NCBI GenBank assembly: GCA_040399745.1
Contig: JBBARP010000001.1
Span: 202,617-266,616, forward strand
Length of the DNA: 64,000 nt
Source: Bdellovibrionia bacterium
GTDB taxonomy: Bacteria; Bdellovibrionota; UBA1018
Direction of reading: 5' to 3'
Shown here: piece by piece, positions 18,875 to 28,000 of the stretch
Numbering within the stretch: the stretch's first letter is position 1
Layout: the number at the start of each line of letters is the position of its first letter
The notes under the pieces: model-generated
Told to the model about the DNA's origin: nothing
Seen by the model: the letters and a program-made list of their open reading frames with translations, nothing else
Databases searched by the model: none
Program-made: the position numbers and the translations under genes

Positions 18875-19774
18875 TCATCCACCTTCGAACCCCATCTCGG
18901 CCAGGGTAACTGTCTGAATTTTTTCAAAAAGCACCTGGTTCGGGAGGTTCCAATCGGTAGGGCTTGGGAATTTGAAGGAATTTCGAATTTCACGCACCGC
19001 GTCGCTTGCGGTGCGTTGTTTTAGAATTTCAGGCAGCGTGACCCCTTGGGTTCTTTTTTCGAGACGCGCCCCGTCGTCTTGGGTGACTAGGGCTGCATGA
19101 AGGACCGAGGGGAAGTCTCGAAGCCCCATCCATTTTTGAATGGCTCTTTGAGCAGCGAGTGCCGAGGCCAAGTCGCTGGCGCGAACCAGCCAGAGGTATC
19201 CTTCATCGGCATCGTCGATGGCGCAGGCCCACGGGTAAGCCGGGGAATACGCTTGGCCGTCCCGCCCCGTTCGCGCGGCGATAAAATCGTCGCGTCCGTC
19301 GGGTGAATCCATGCGAAAGCGCCAGCCCAGGGTTTCGCCCTGAAGAGCTGGAAAAGGAGGCAATTGATCCGGGTCCCAGAGCTTTTGCTCGGAAGGCCGG
19401 CAGTGTCCTGAATACGCCGGCACGGGTGCGTGAGGCGCGCTTGCGGCCTGGGCTAAGGCGAGCTGCACTTCGCGCCGCGAGCAGGTGCAAGGATAGAGTT
19501 GCCCTTCGCGGAGGGCTTTTCGAAAAAGAGCTTCGTGGCGCGCGTGATTCTCACTCTGCAGGGTGATTCGGTCTGGAATCAGGCCTAAGTCGGCTAAGTC
19601 TTGAAGTTGCTGCTCTCGGGCACCCGGAATCACGCGGAGGGTATCGATGTCTTCAAATCGAATGGCCCAAGGCTGCCCCAACCGACGCGCGAGTTCCTGA
19701 GAAAGGAGCGCGGTTCGCAAATTTCCTAAGTGAAACCGCCCGGTCGGAGACGGGGCAAATCGAACGCCCTGCAT
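18875..19774 (-). CDS. gluQ: Glutamyl-Q tRNA(Asp) synthetase (GluRS catalytic-domain paralogue)
   Basis: RFAPSPTGRFHLGN, RFEDID, YPCTCSR, CAIDD, VRASDL, RLEKR. About 300 aa with no anticodon-binding domain. Confidence 0.8.
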   Translation of the reverse strand: MQGVRFAPSPTGRFHLGNLRTALLSQELARRLGQPWAIRFEDIDTLRVIPGAREQQLQDLADLGLIPDRITLQSENHARHEALFRKALREGQLYPCTCSRREVQLALAQAASAPHAPVPAYSGHCRPSEQKLWDPDQLPPFPALQGETLGWRFRMDSPDGRDDFIAARTGRDGQAYSPAYPWACAIDDADEGYLWLVRASDLASALAAQRAIQKWMGLRDFPSVLHAALVTQDDGARLEKRTQGVTLPEILKQRTASDAVREIRNSFKFPSPTDWNLPNQVLFEKIQTVTLAEMGFEGG

Positions 19775-19779
19775 GGGTT

Positions 19780-20220
19780 TTAGCCGTTACTGAGGACGTC
19801 GGGGCGGATTAGCACTTCAATGGCCACCTGAATCCCTCCGGCAAAAGCACCAATTCCCCAGCCGAGAAGTGCCAAAACCGCGAACTGGACCGGGACGCCG
19901 GGGAAGAGTCGGTCTTTCAAAAAGCCAATCCCCAGGACACTGGTGGCGACTGAAACTGCGGCGACGAAAGTGAAAACACGTAGAAACCCGGCCGTTCCTG
20001 GGCCTTTTTTGCGATCTGCCCACCTTCCGGCAAGCTGGCCGAGTAAGCCTCCTAAGGAACCTCCGGCCACGATCGGGGCCAAAGGAAGGTCCACTCCGGC
20101 CCGTAGGGCCCCAAATTTCGCCATCAAAGCCATTCCGACGCTGGCTAGGGCGCCAATTGCGATGCTGAAGAACAGCCAATGGAGCGGGAATTTGGGTTTC
20201 ATGCCCCTGTCATAGTTCAT
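19780..20220 (-). CDS. Hypothetical membrane protein (about 4 TM); start may be 20202
   Basis: Four hydrophobic segments; stop lies 5 nt before gluQ. Confidence 0.55.
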   Translation of the reverse strand: MNYDRGMKPKFPLHWLFFSIAIGALASVGMALMAKFGALRAGVDLPLAPIVAGGSLGGLLGQLAGRWADRKKGPGTAGFLRVFTFVAAVSVATSVLGIGFLKDRLFPGVPVQFAVLALLGWGIGAFAGGIQVAIEVLIRPDVLSNG

Positions 20221-20308
20221 CTAGTTTTTTTTCTGCTGCTCTTTTCGTAAATTCCTGCTGACCAAACGCAGAAGTCTGGGTATGAGGATTCCTACCAACT
20301 TTTGGAGT

Positions 20309-20384
20309 GGGCCCGTAGCTCAGTTGGTAGAGCGCCAGCTTTGCAAGCTGGATGTCCTCGGTTCGAATCCGTGCGGGTCCACCA
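20309..20384 (+). tRNA. tRNA-Ala (anticodon TGC)
   Basis: 76-nt cloverleaf: acceptor stem GGGCCCG/CGGGTCC with G3:U70, D arm GCTC/GAGC, anticodon arm CCAGC-TTTGCAA-GCTGG, TTCGAAT loop, encoded CCA. Confidence 0.97.
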
Positions 20385-20428
20385 TTTTCTCTGCCCCAAG
20401 GCAGCCAGCTCAGGCTAGATTACTGAGC

Positions 20429-20815
20429 ATGAAAAAACTCGCCCTCGTTGCTCGATTCCTTCTAGGAATTCAATTCCTGGTCTTTGGTTTGAACGCATTT
20501 TTCCACTTCATTCCCATGCCGCAAGACATGCCGGAAGCTGCGGTGAAGTTCGCCACGGCGATGGGTGAAACCGGTTTCCTCAATCAGTTGGTGCACGGGG
20601 TGCAAGTCGTTGCCGGCCTCATGCTGCTCAGCGGTTTTCAGATTCCTTTGGCACTTCTGTTCTTGGCCCCGGTGGTCGTGAACATTCTTCTGTTCCACTG
20701 GTTCCTGACGGGCCCAGCCACCATCGGCATGTCCGTTTTCATCATCGTGATGATGGTGGTTTTGGCGAAAGCTCACTGGGCGAATTTCGCTCCGTTGTTT
20801 CAAAAGAAAGCCTGA
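20429..20815 (+). CDS. DoxX-family membrane protein
   Basis: ARFLLGIQFLVFGLNAFFHFIPMP...TGFL...LAPVVVNILLFH. The ORF-track start overlaps the tRNA, so the start is set at ATG 20429. Confidence 0.85.
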   Translation: MKKLALVARFLLGIQFLVFGLNAFFHFIPMPQDMPEAAVKFATAMGETGFLNQLVHGVQVVAGLMLLSGFQIPLALLFLAPVVVNILLFHWFLTGPATIGMSVFIIVMMVVLAKAHWANFAPLFQKKA

Positions 20816-20846
20816 AGTCTGATTTTTGCTTTTTGGAAGTGATTCT

Positions 20847-21554
20847 ATGCAGATGATTCGTCGGTCCGATGAGCGCGGGTATTTTGATCACGGGTGGTTG
20901 CGAACGCACCACACGTTCTCGTTCTCGGATTACTACGATCCGGAGTTCATGGGGTTTGGCCCGCTTCGAGTCATCAACGAGGACTTCATTGCCGCGGGCG
21001 AAGGGTTCCCGACGCATGGGCATCGCGACATGGAAATCCTGACGTGGGTCATCGCCGGCGCGGTGGCCCACAAGGATTCCACCGGGGGCGAGGGAATCAT
21101 CCGTCCCGGTGAGCTGCAAAAAATGTCGGCGGGTCGCGGAATCCGTCACTCCGAATTCAACGGGCGAAAAGACGTCGAGACCCACCTGTTTCAAATCTGG
21201 ATCGAGCCCTCCCGGAAGGGACTGGATCCCGGTTACTGGCAGACCGATTTCAACGCTGAACTGGCTCATGGGGAACCCGTTTGTGTTGCGGCTCCGGAAG
21301 GTCAAAAAGGCTCGGCGCTGGTCATTGTCCAGGACGCAAGTGTCTGGGTTTGGCGTCCAGGCTCGAAGCAATCGCGCTGGGAAATTCCCCTCGCAAAAGG
21401 TCGCCAGGGCTGGCTCCAAGTCACGAAAGGCGCCTTCACTTCCAACGGAAAAACTCTGAAAGCAGGCGATGGACTCGCAGTCCGTCAAGCATCGGCGGTT
21501 GAACTTTTGAGTGCTGCAGAAGGCTCAGAAGCGCTCTGGTTCGACCTGCCCTAA
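20847..21554 (+). CDS. Pirin-family protein (YhhW-like)
   Basis: HGWLRTHHTFSFSDYYDP, LRVINED, GFPTHGHRDMEI, HKDSTG, MSAGRGIRHSEFN, FQIWI. Confidence 0.92.
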   Translation: MQMIRRSDERGYFDHGWLRTHHTFSFSDYYDPEFMGFGPLRVINEDFIAAGEGFPTHGHRDMEILTWVIAGAVAHKDSTGGEGIIRPGELQKMSAGRGIRHSEFNGRKDVETHLFQIWIEPSRKGLDPGYWQTDFNAELAHGEPVCVAAPEGQKGSALVIVQDASVWVWRPGSKQSRWEIPLAKGRQGWLQVTKGAFTSNGKTLKAGDGLAVRQASAVELLSAAEGSEALWFDLP

Positions 21555-21564
21555 GTCTCCTGCT

Positions 21565-22200
21565 TTAGGCTGCGATGACTCGACCACTTGGTCCTTCGCG
21601 AAGGGCTTTCTCGACTTCTGCGTCGGTGACCTGCGCGAAGTTTTCGTAGAACTGGCCTACGGAATGAAAGTCGGCAGGTTCTTGAAGCGTGACCAGTTCG
21701 TCTACTTCCGAACGCAGGCTACTGGCGGCCAACGGTGCTGCCACCGGTGTGGCGAGAATTAAACGCGCAGGGTTTTGAGCTCGGAGCGCTCGAACGGCAG
21801 CGAGTGCCGTGTGACCTGTAGCAATGCCATCATCCACGATGATCACATTTCTTCCCGTCGGAGAGACCGGAACGGACCACGGCCCATAGGCGGTTCGCCG
21901 TTTCCTGAGTCGTCCGATTTCGTCCCAAGCGAGGGGATCGAGTTGCCAGCGCTCCATCTCTGGGCCTGCGTTGATGTCACCAAACTCGCTCACTGAACCA
22001 ATCGCGTACTCGGGATTTCCAGGGGCTCCGATCTTGTGCACGAGCACAATGTCCAGCTGGCCGTCTAGCTTTTCGGCCACGATCTGGGCCATGGGAACGG
22101 AGCCCCGGGGAATCCCAAGGACGAGCGGGCGAGTGTCTCGGTAAGCGTCGAGCTTTTGAGCCAGGAGTTCTGCGGCTTGGGTGCGATCGCGGAAGCGCAT
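21565..22200 (-). CDS. Phosphoribosyltransferase family protein
   Basis: MRFRDRTQAA...VLGIPRG...KIGAPGNPEYAIG...IIVDDGIATG...VGQFYENFAQVTD. True start at 22200; the ORF-track extension is the antisense of prs. Confidence 0.88.
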   Translation of the reverse strand: MRFRDRTQAAELLAQKLDAYRDTRPLVLGIPRGSVPMAQIVAEKLDGQLDIVLVHKIGAPGNPEYAIGSVSEFGDINAGPEMERWQLDPLAWDEIGRLRKRRTAYGPWSVPVSPTGRNVIIVDDGIATGHTALAAVRALRAQNPARLILATPVAAPLAASSLRSEVDELVTLQEPADFHSVGQFYENFAQVTDAEVEKALREGPSGRVIAA

Positions 22201-22254
22201 ATGCCATTGGTCCAAGCAATGCTTGGGCCCGAGTGGGATCGGGAGGATCTGAAG

Positions 22255-23466
22255 ATGCCGAAATTTTTTGCGCTGGAGTGCGTGCGTCCTTTTGCGGTGA
22301 GTTGGTCGCAGGCGCTGGGACACTCGGTCGAGACTTGGCAGGAGCTTCAATTCGCCGATGGCGAGCGTCAGTTCCTGCCGCGCGCTTCGGTCGAGGGCCA
22401 AGCGGTTTGCTTGGTTCAAGCTTTGGCTGGACGCGAGCCAGGCGAGGCCGACCAGCGGTGGATGGAGCTGCTTCTTGCGACCGGGCACCTGCGCGATCTT
22501 GGCGCGTCCGAGGTGTGGATCGTGATTCCTAGCCCAGGCTACACGCGCCAGGACGTGCGCGGCTCGAGGCGCGAGCCTCTGGGGCTCAGGCATCTGGCGA
22601 AGGCCTTGGAGAGCGTGGGAGTCAGCGGAGGAATCATGCTTGAACCGCATCAACCGGCAGCGCTGGAAAACGCATTTCGAGTACCGATGCATTCGATCGA
22701 TGCGACCGGATTCCTCGCTTGGCATGCCGAAAGGGTCGCGCACCTCACTCGACGGATGGTCGTGGTGTCGCCTGATTCGGGAGGCGTGAAGCGCGCCGTC
22801 CGATTTGCCCGCGAGCTGGGCCGAAGGCTTCGGCATGATGTCCCAGTGGCCTGGGTGGATAAGTCGCGCTCTTCGGGGCGCACCTGGGCGCGCTCGCTCG
22901 TGGGTGAAGTGGGCGGTCGGATGGCGCTGATCGTGGACGACGTGGTTTGTACGGGCGGCACGCTGATGGAGGCGGCTCGCCTGTGTCGACTGGCAGGGGC
23001 GACTGGAGTGGGTGCTTTGGCAGCGCATGGCGTTTTAGCCGGAGATGCGCCGCGAGCTTTGGCAGAAGGCATGGTCGACCGACTTTTGGTCTCCGACTCC
23101 GTTCCTGGCGTGGCAGCGCTGGCGGCTCGACCAGAGCTGGCCGGACGACTCTTTGTTGAGTCGGTGGCTGAGTTTATGGCCGAAGCGGCTCGCCAGCGTC
23201 TGGGCCGGGTTGTGCAGGAGGAGATTCAGGGAGGACCGCATGCAGACGCCCTTACAGATCGTATTCAGGAACGTGCACCGCTCGGAAGCGGTGGCCGAGA
23301 AAGTCCGCCAGCGCGTGCAATGGCTCGAGCTCCACGGCGAGGAGTTGATCAGTTGTCGAGTGGCCGTCGAGGCGCCCCACCGGCACCATCATCGGGGAAA
23401 TCTGTATCGAGTGCGGATCGATCTCCGCGTCCGAGGAGCGGAAATCGTCGTCGGACGCCCGCATGA
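22255..23466 (+). CDS. prs: Ribose-phosphate pyrophosphokinase-like protein with an aberrant C-terminal extension
   Basis: FADGE, YTRQD, VVSPDSGGVKRA, DKSR, IVDDVVCTGGTL, AAHG. GGGAGG RBS before ATG 22255. Homology appears to end near 23200. Confidence 0.75.
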   Translation: MPKFFALECVRPFAVSWSQALGHSVETWQELQFADGERQFLPRASVEGQAVCLVQALAGREPGEADQRWMELLLATGHLRDLGASEVWIVIPSPGYTRQDVRGSRREPLGLRHLAKALESVGVSGGIMLEPHQPAALENAFRVPMHSIDATGFLAWHAERVAHLTRRMVVVSPDSGGVKRAVRFARELGRRLRHDVPVAWVDKSRSSGRTWARSLVGEVGGRMALIVDDVVCTGGTLMEAARLCRLAGATGVGALAAHGVLAGDAPRALAEGMVDRLLVSDSVPGVAALAARPELAGRLFVESVAEFMAEAARQRLGRVVQEEIQGGPHADALTDRIQERAPLGSGGRESPPARAMARAPRRGVDQLSSGRRGAPPAPSSGKSVSSADRSPRPRSGNRRRTPA

Positions 23467-23611
23467 CTTGCATCATGCCCATCGTGATGTTCAGGTCGCG
23501 ATCCGCGACGCCTTTGATGAAGCCCGTCGGCGGCTCGAGCATCACAGTCGCCGACGGCGCGATCTGATTCGCGTCAGAGCGCCTGAGTTCCCTCTCCCTG
23601 AAGCGATCTAA
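23240..23611 (+). CDS. HPF/RaiA-family ribosome-associated protein
   Basis: MQTPLQIVFRN...SEAV...ISCRVAVEAPHRHHHRG..YRVRIDL...AIRDAFDEARRRLE. GGAGG RBS. Confidence 0.85.
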   Translation: MQTPLQIVFRNVHRSEAVAEKVRQRVQWLELHGEELISCRVAVEAPHRHHHRGNLYRVRIDLRVRGAEIVVGRPHDLHHAHRDVQVAIRDAFDEARRRLEHHSRRRRDLIRVRAPEFPLPEAI

Positions 23612-24842
23612 GGTCGGCTTCCGCCATTAGGTGGTCGCGCTTCAAATTCACTGCCCTTCTTCTGAGTTCCAGTGCTTTTTGGCAGGCGCCCAAGACGTCA
23701 GGCGAGTTCTTCACTCCTCGGCGGTACTCGCCCAAGGTTTTGTCTAAGTACTCGTCTCCCACTTGGACTGCTGCTTCGGCCGCTTCAAGGAGGTCATGCG
23801 TGACTTGAATTTGCCAGCGTGCGCGTGAAACCTGCGCATCGAGTTCTCGCCGGGTTTGCGCAAGTTCCAGGCGCCTGGCTTGGGAGCGCTTTTGCTCAGC
23901 GTGCTTTTCCGATCGTCCCACCCAGCCATCAAAAAGCGTGACTGTGACCCGAGCTCCGACGTAGCGCTCGTTCCATTGGTGCAAGTCAGCGGTTTCAAAT
24001 TCGCGGAGTGTATGGACACCGGCACCGGCATAAAGATCGAGTGACGGTGCCCACCATGCTGAAGCAGCCCAGTGAAGGGCATCGGCTTTGGCCTCTTCCG
24101 CTTGAAGCGCCAAAAGACTCCAATGCGGAGGGACTTCCTTTTTCTCAGCAGCGTGCATGTGGGGAAGGTCGGATTCAATTTCGAGTGAACTCTCGGGCGG
24201 CATTCCGAGAAGGGCCAAAAGCTCGCGCTCTTCGGAGCGAGCGTCCACTTGCGCTTGAGCAAGATCCTGATCGAGCTGCGATCGATACATTTTGAATTCA
24301 AGAAGATCGGTTTGAGTGGCCAGCCCCGCTTGGATTCGCGAGCGTGCAGCAGCTTCGTTCGTATCGTTTTCTTTCAGGGCTTTTTCCAGAAGCCGGATGG
24401 CGGCTTTCAGGTTCATGAGCTTGAGATACGTTTGCCGAGTTTGAAGGAGTTCCCGCGTCGCGATTTCCCGCTCCTTTGCGATCGCAGCGTCGCGATCGGC
24501 GTTTCGGCTTTGGTTTTCCAAATAATCGCGCCCGCCATTCAAGGCATTCACGCTGGCCACGAGACTTCCGAAGGGTTGCGACATGGCTCTGCGTTGGTGG
24601 TGAACGCTAAAGGCTTCTCCTCCGCCTTCGGCTTGGAGTCGCGGAAGAAAGGAGCGTCCCAGATGACCCGTGCGACTCTCTGCGCTGCTTAAGTCCATTC
24701 GCGCGGATTCCCAGTGGGAGTTACCCTGCCTGAGCTTCTCGGGAAGCTCGGTGTAGCGAAGTGGACTTTCGCTGGCCCTTGCGGTCAGCGAGAGAAAGGT
24801 GGCGGTGAGAAGCAGGGGAGCGAGTCGGGAGATGCGGTTCAT
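23574..24842 (-). CDS. TolC-family outer-membrane efflux protein
   Basis: Signal peptide and two OEP repeats (FLPRL...AGLATQTDLLE; WAPSLDL...YRRGVKNSPDVL), with His clusters. Confidence 0.85.
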   Translation of the reverse strand: MNRISRLAPLLLTATFLSLTARASESPLRYTELPEKLRQGNSHWESARMDLSSAESRTGHLGRSFLPRLQAEGGGEAFSVHHQRRAMSQPFGSLVASVNALNGGRDYLENQSRNADRDAAIAKEREIATRELLQTRQTYLKLMNLKAAIRLLEKALKENDTNEAAARSRIQAGLATQTDLLEFKMYRSQLDQDLAQAQVDARSEERELLALLGMPPESSLEIESDLPHMHAAEKKEVPPHWSLLALQAEEAKADALHWAASAWWAPSLDLYAGAGVHTLREFETADLHQWNERYVGARVTVTLFDGWVGRSEKHAEQKRSQARRLELAQTRRELDAQVSRARWQIQVTHDLLEAAEAAVQVGDEYLDKTLGEYRRGVKNSPDVLGACQKALELRRRAVNLKRDHLMAEADLRSLQGEGTQAL

Positions 24843-24877
24843 GACAGGTTGTCACTGTACCGCGAGTCGGGCAGAGT
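24842..24877. promoter_or_regulatory. Divergent tolC/copA control region: palindrome plus copA promoter
   Basis: TGACA-GGT-TGTCA at 24842-24854. Plus strand TTGTCA-N17-CAGAGT-N6-ATG; minus strand TACAGT before tolC. Confidence 0.45.
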
Positions 24878-24883
24878 GCGCTC

Positions 24884-27193
24884 ATGAATCCCACAGAAAA
24901 AGACCCGGTTTGCGGAATGGTGGTTCAGCCCGGTTGGGCATCCTGGACCTATCAAGGGACCTCGTATTTTTTCTGTTGTGACGGGTGTTTGAAGCGCTTC
25001 CAAAAGGAGCCTGGGAAGTTTCTCAGTCCCAAGCTTCCGCCCGAGTCCCAAGCCTGCCTGGATGAGGTCGAGCATATTTGTCCGATGCATCCGGAAGTAC
25101 GTCAGAAAGGCCCGGGAACCTGCCCGGATTGTGGGATGGCTCTTGAGCCGGTCACTTTCTCTTTGGACGACACGGGTCCCAATCCCGAGTTGGTCGATTT
25201 CACTCGGCGCTTTTGGCTTTCCACCGCGCTGACTTTGCCCCTGATGGTTTTGGCGATGTTCTTCGGATTGGGCGCCCGCTTGCAGTGGGTCCTGGCGACT
25301 CCGGTCGTGATTTGGGCTGGAGCCCCGCTTTTTGTTCGAGGCTGGGAGTCCGTCCGAAACCGCAGTCCCAATATGTTCACTTTGATCGCGCTGGGCACCG
25401 GGGTTTCGTACGCCTACAGCACAGTCGCTGCTTTCTTTCCGGAACTTTTTCCTGCTCAGTTCCGGATGACCGGACACGAAAGCATGGGTCATGCCGCAGG
25501 TCAGGTGGGTGTTTATTTTGAAGCGGCAGCAGGAATCGTGGCACTCGTTCTGCTGGGACAGGTGTTGGAACTTCGAGCGCGTGCGCGAACCTCTCAAGCG
25601 CTTCGCGAACTCTTGGCTCTTGTGCCCGAGAAAACGCGCCGCGTGCGCTTCAATGGCGCAGAAGAGGAAGTCGACGTCCGCGAAGTGAAGTTGGGCGATC
25701 GGTTGCGGGTGCTTCCTGGCTCGAAGGTGCCGGTCGATGGGGTGGTGCTCGAAGGAACGAGTGCGATTGATGAGTCGATGGTGACGGGAGAGTCGTTGCC
25801 TGTTGAAAAAGGGCCGCGCGATTCTGTGATCGGCGGAACTCTGAATGGCCGCGGCTCGTTTTTGATGCGCGCGATGAAAGTGGGGAGCGAGACTCTGCTG
25901 GCCCGGATGGTTCAGCAAGTTGCGGAAGCTCAGAGAACTCGCGCGCCCATTCAACGTTTGGCAGATCGGGTGTCGGCTGTCTTCGTTCCAGCAGTGGTTC
26001 TTTCTGCGCTTTTTTCCGCTGGTTTATGGCTGATTTTTGGGCCCGAGCCCCGGGGTGCTTATGCGCTGGTCAACGCCGTCGCAGTCCTGATCATCGCCTG
26101 CCCGTGTGCTTTGGGACTTGCAACGCCGATGTCCATTTTGGTGGGGATGGGGCGGGGCGCGCGCGCGGGTCTGCTGTTTCGGAACGCCGAAGCGCTCGAA
26201 AATCTCGCAGGCGTGAGTGTACTCGCTTTCGATAAGACGGGCACATTGACCGAAGGTCGGCCCGAGCTTCTGGAAGTGATGCCGCTGGCGGGAGTGTCGC
26301 GTGAAGAGCTCTTGGTTTCGGTTGCGGCGCTGGAGCGTTCCAGTGAGCATCCGCTCGCGGATGCGGTTCTACGGGGTGTTCGGTCTCAAGGATTTCCGGA
26401 CGAGCGCTGGCCCGCAGTCACTGAGTTTGTTTCGCTGCCTGGATCTGGAATTCAAGGGAGGGTGGGCGAGGTCTTGTGGCGCGTGGGCAGCCCTGCGGCG
26501 CTTTCTGCATCAGGGGTTCCCCTTCCAGAGAATTTGAAAGCGCAGATTTCAATTCTCCGAACACAGGGTCAAACGGTCATCGCAGTCGGGCGTGGCAATC
26601 AGTGCGTGGGCTTCTTGGGCGTGAAGGATCCCATTCACCGTTCTGCACGACAGGTTTTAGACGAACTTCGTTCGCAAAAACTAGAATTGGTGATGTTGAC
26701 CGGTGACCACAAGGAGACGGCCGAAGCCGTCGCACGAGAGCTCGGCATCACTCAGGTCCACTCGGGCCTGAAGCCTGAACAGAAAGCAGACTGGGTGAAG
26801 CAAACGCAGGCTGCAGGCAAGCGGGTGGCTTTCGCAGGCGATGGAGTGAACGATGCCCTGGCACTTTCGTGCGCTCAGGTCGGAATTGCCATGGGTAGCG
26901 GAACTCAGGTGGCAATCGAAAGTGCCGGGCTGACGCTTCTACATGGCGACTTGCGAGGCGTCCTACGTGCATTGAAACTCAGCCGCACGGTGGTTCGAAA
27001 TATTCGGCAAAATCTGTGGCTGGCGTTTGGCTACAATGCGTTGGGAGTGCCGTTGGCGGGTGGGTTGCTGTATCCCGCGTTTGGCATTCTTTTGAGTCCT
27101 CTCTTCGCAAGTGCCGCGATGAGTTTCAGCTCAGTATCCGTGATCGTGAATTCCTTGCGGCTTGCAAAAGTTCACCTAGACTCTAAGGAGTGA
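24884..27193 (+). CDS. copA: Copper(I)/silver-exporting P1B-type ATPase
   Basis: YHS domain (DPVCGM...FCCDGC), CPMHP...CPDCGMALEP domain, TGES, CPC, DKTGT, SEHP, GDGVND, and YN and MSFSS P1B-1 ligands. Confidence 0.93.
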   Translation: MNPTEKDPVCGMVVQPGWASWTYQGTSYFFCCDGCLKRFQKEPGKFLSPKLPPESQACLDEVEHICPMHPEVRQKGPGTCPDCGMALEPVTFSLDDTGPNPELVDFTRRFWLSTALTLPLMVLAMFFGLGARLQWVLATPVVIWAGAPLFVRGWESVRNRSPNMFTLIALGTGVSYAYSTVAAFFPELFPAQFRMTGHESMGHAAGQVGVYFEAAAGIVALVLLGQVLELRARARTSQALRELLALVPEKTRRVRFNGAEEEVDVREVKLGDRLRVLPGSKVPVDGVVLEGTSAIDESMVTGESLPVEKGPRDSVIGGTLNGRGSFLMRAMKVGSETLLARMVQQVAEAQRTRAPIQRLADRVSAVFVPAVVLSALFSAGLWLIFGPEPRGAYALVNAVAVLIIACPCALGLATPMSILVGMGRGARAGLLFRNAEALENLAGVSVLAFDKTGTLTEGRPELLEVMPLAGVSREELLVSVAALERSSEHPLADAVLRGVRSQGFPDERWPAVTEFVSLPGSGIQGRVGEVLWRVGSPAALSASGVPLPENLKAQISILRTQGQTVIAVGRGNQCVGFLGVKDPIHRSARQVLDELRSQKLELVMLTGDHKETAEAVARELGITQVHSGLKPEQKADWVKQTQAAGKRVAFAGDGVNDALALSCAQVGIAMGSGTQVAIESAGLTLLHGDLRGVLRALKLSRTVVRNIRQNLWLAFGYNALGVPLAGGLLYPAFGILLSPLFASAAMSFSSVSVIVNSLRLAKVHLDSKE

Positions 27194-27972
27194 AAAAACT
27201 ACTCGCTCCTGCTGCCATGGGTTTAGGCCTTTTCGTGATCGGATCGCCAGCGCTTCACGCGCAGGAAATGCGCGAGCTCTCAACCGATCGTCCCGACAAA
27301 ACGGAAAGCGCTTACACGGTCGACAAAGGGCATTTTCAGGCGGAAATAGATCTCTGGAATATGGGATTCTCCAAGGACGAGGCGGGTGCCACCAGTCGTG
27401 GTGGAAACATCGGGCTCATCAACGCCAAAATGGGTTTAACGGATGCATCGGATCTTCAGGTCATTTTGCAGCCGCTGGCTCAAGAAGGATCCGAAACGGG
27501 TTTTGGCGACACCATCATCCGCTTTAAGCAGAATCTTTTTGGTGCGAGCGGTCAGGAGCCCTGGGCTTTTGCTTTGATGCCCTACGTGAAACTCCCCACT
27601 CAAGTCGCGAAGCTCGGTGAGTCGAAAACCGAAGGCGGGCTGATTGCGCTTTACGCCAGCACTTTAGCCGACGAAATTGGTTTTGGCGCGATGCTCGAGT
27701 GGGACCGCGTTGCCAACGCAGACGCCGGCTACCACAACGAATGGGTCCAGACCGTCACGTTTTCTCACGATATTTTTGGTGAATTGGGCGGCTATGCCGA
27801 GCTTTACAGTATGTTCAGTTCCGAGGCAGGCGCCACCTGGGCTTCCACTTTCGATTTTGGGTTCACCTATGGTATCGCCCAGAATGTCCAACTCGACGCA
27901 GGGATCAACATTGGGCTGACCGACGCCGCCGAGGACCTCAATCCGTTCTTGGGTTTGAGTTTCAAGATCTGA
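27190..27972 (+). CDS. Outer-membrane beta-barrel 'transporter' (MetA-pathway/SphA-like family)
   Basis: Signal peptide, STDRPDKTESAYTVDKGHFQAE N-terminal motif, GDTIIRFK, QLDAG. GTGA overlap with the copA stop. Confidence 0.8.
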   Translation: MKKLLAPAAMGLGLFVIGSPALHAQEMRELSTDRPDKTESAYTVDKGHFQAEIDLWNMGFSKDEAGATSRGGNIGLINAKMGLTDASDLQVILQPLAQEGSETGFGDTIIRFKQNLFGASGQEPWAFALMPYVKLPTQVAKLGESKTEGGLIALYASTLADEIGFGAMLEWDRVANADAGYHNEWVQTVTFSHDIFGELGGYAELYSMFSSEAGATWASTFDFGFTYGIAQNVQLDAGINIGLTDAAEDLNPFLGLSFKI

Positions 27973-28000
27973 AGAAGCCCGAAACGGAAGGATTTCAGTC

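Noticed and set aside
20282..20428. N-terminal extension of the DoxX ORF
   Set aside because: It reads through the tRNA gene; the real start is 20429.
22201..23028. 276-aa N-terminal extension making the PRTase ORF 487 aa
   Set aside because: Antisense to prs; the family N-terminus MRFRDR begins at 22200.
24839..25954. 371-aa minus-strand ORF, and similar ones at 33321-34115 and 43803-44831
   Set aside because: Antisense shadows of copA, moxR and tnaA, as expected in GC-rich DNA.
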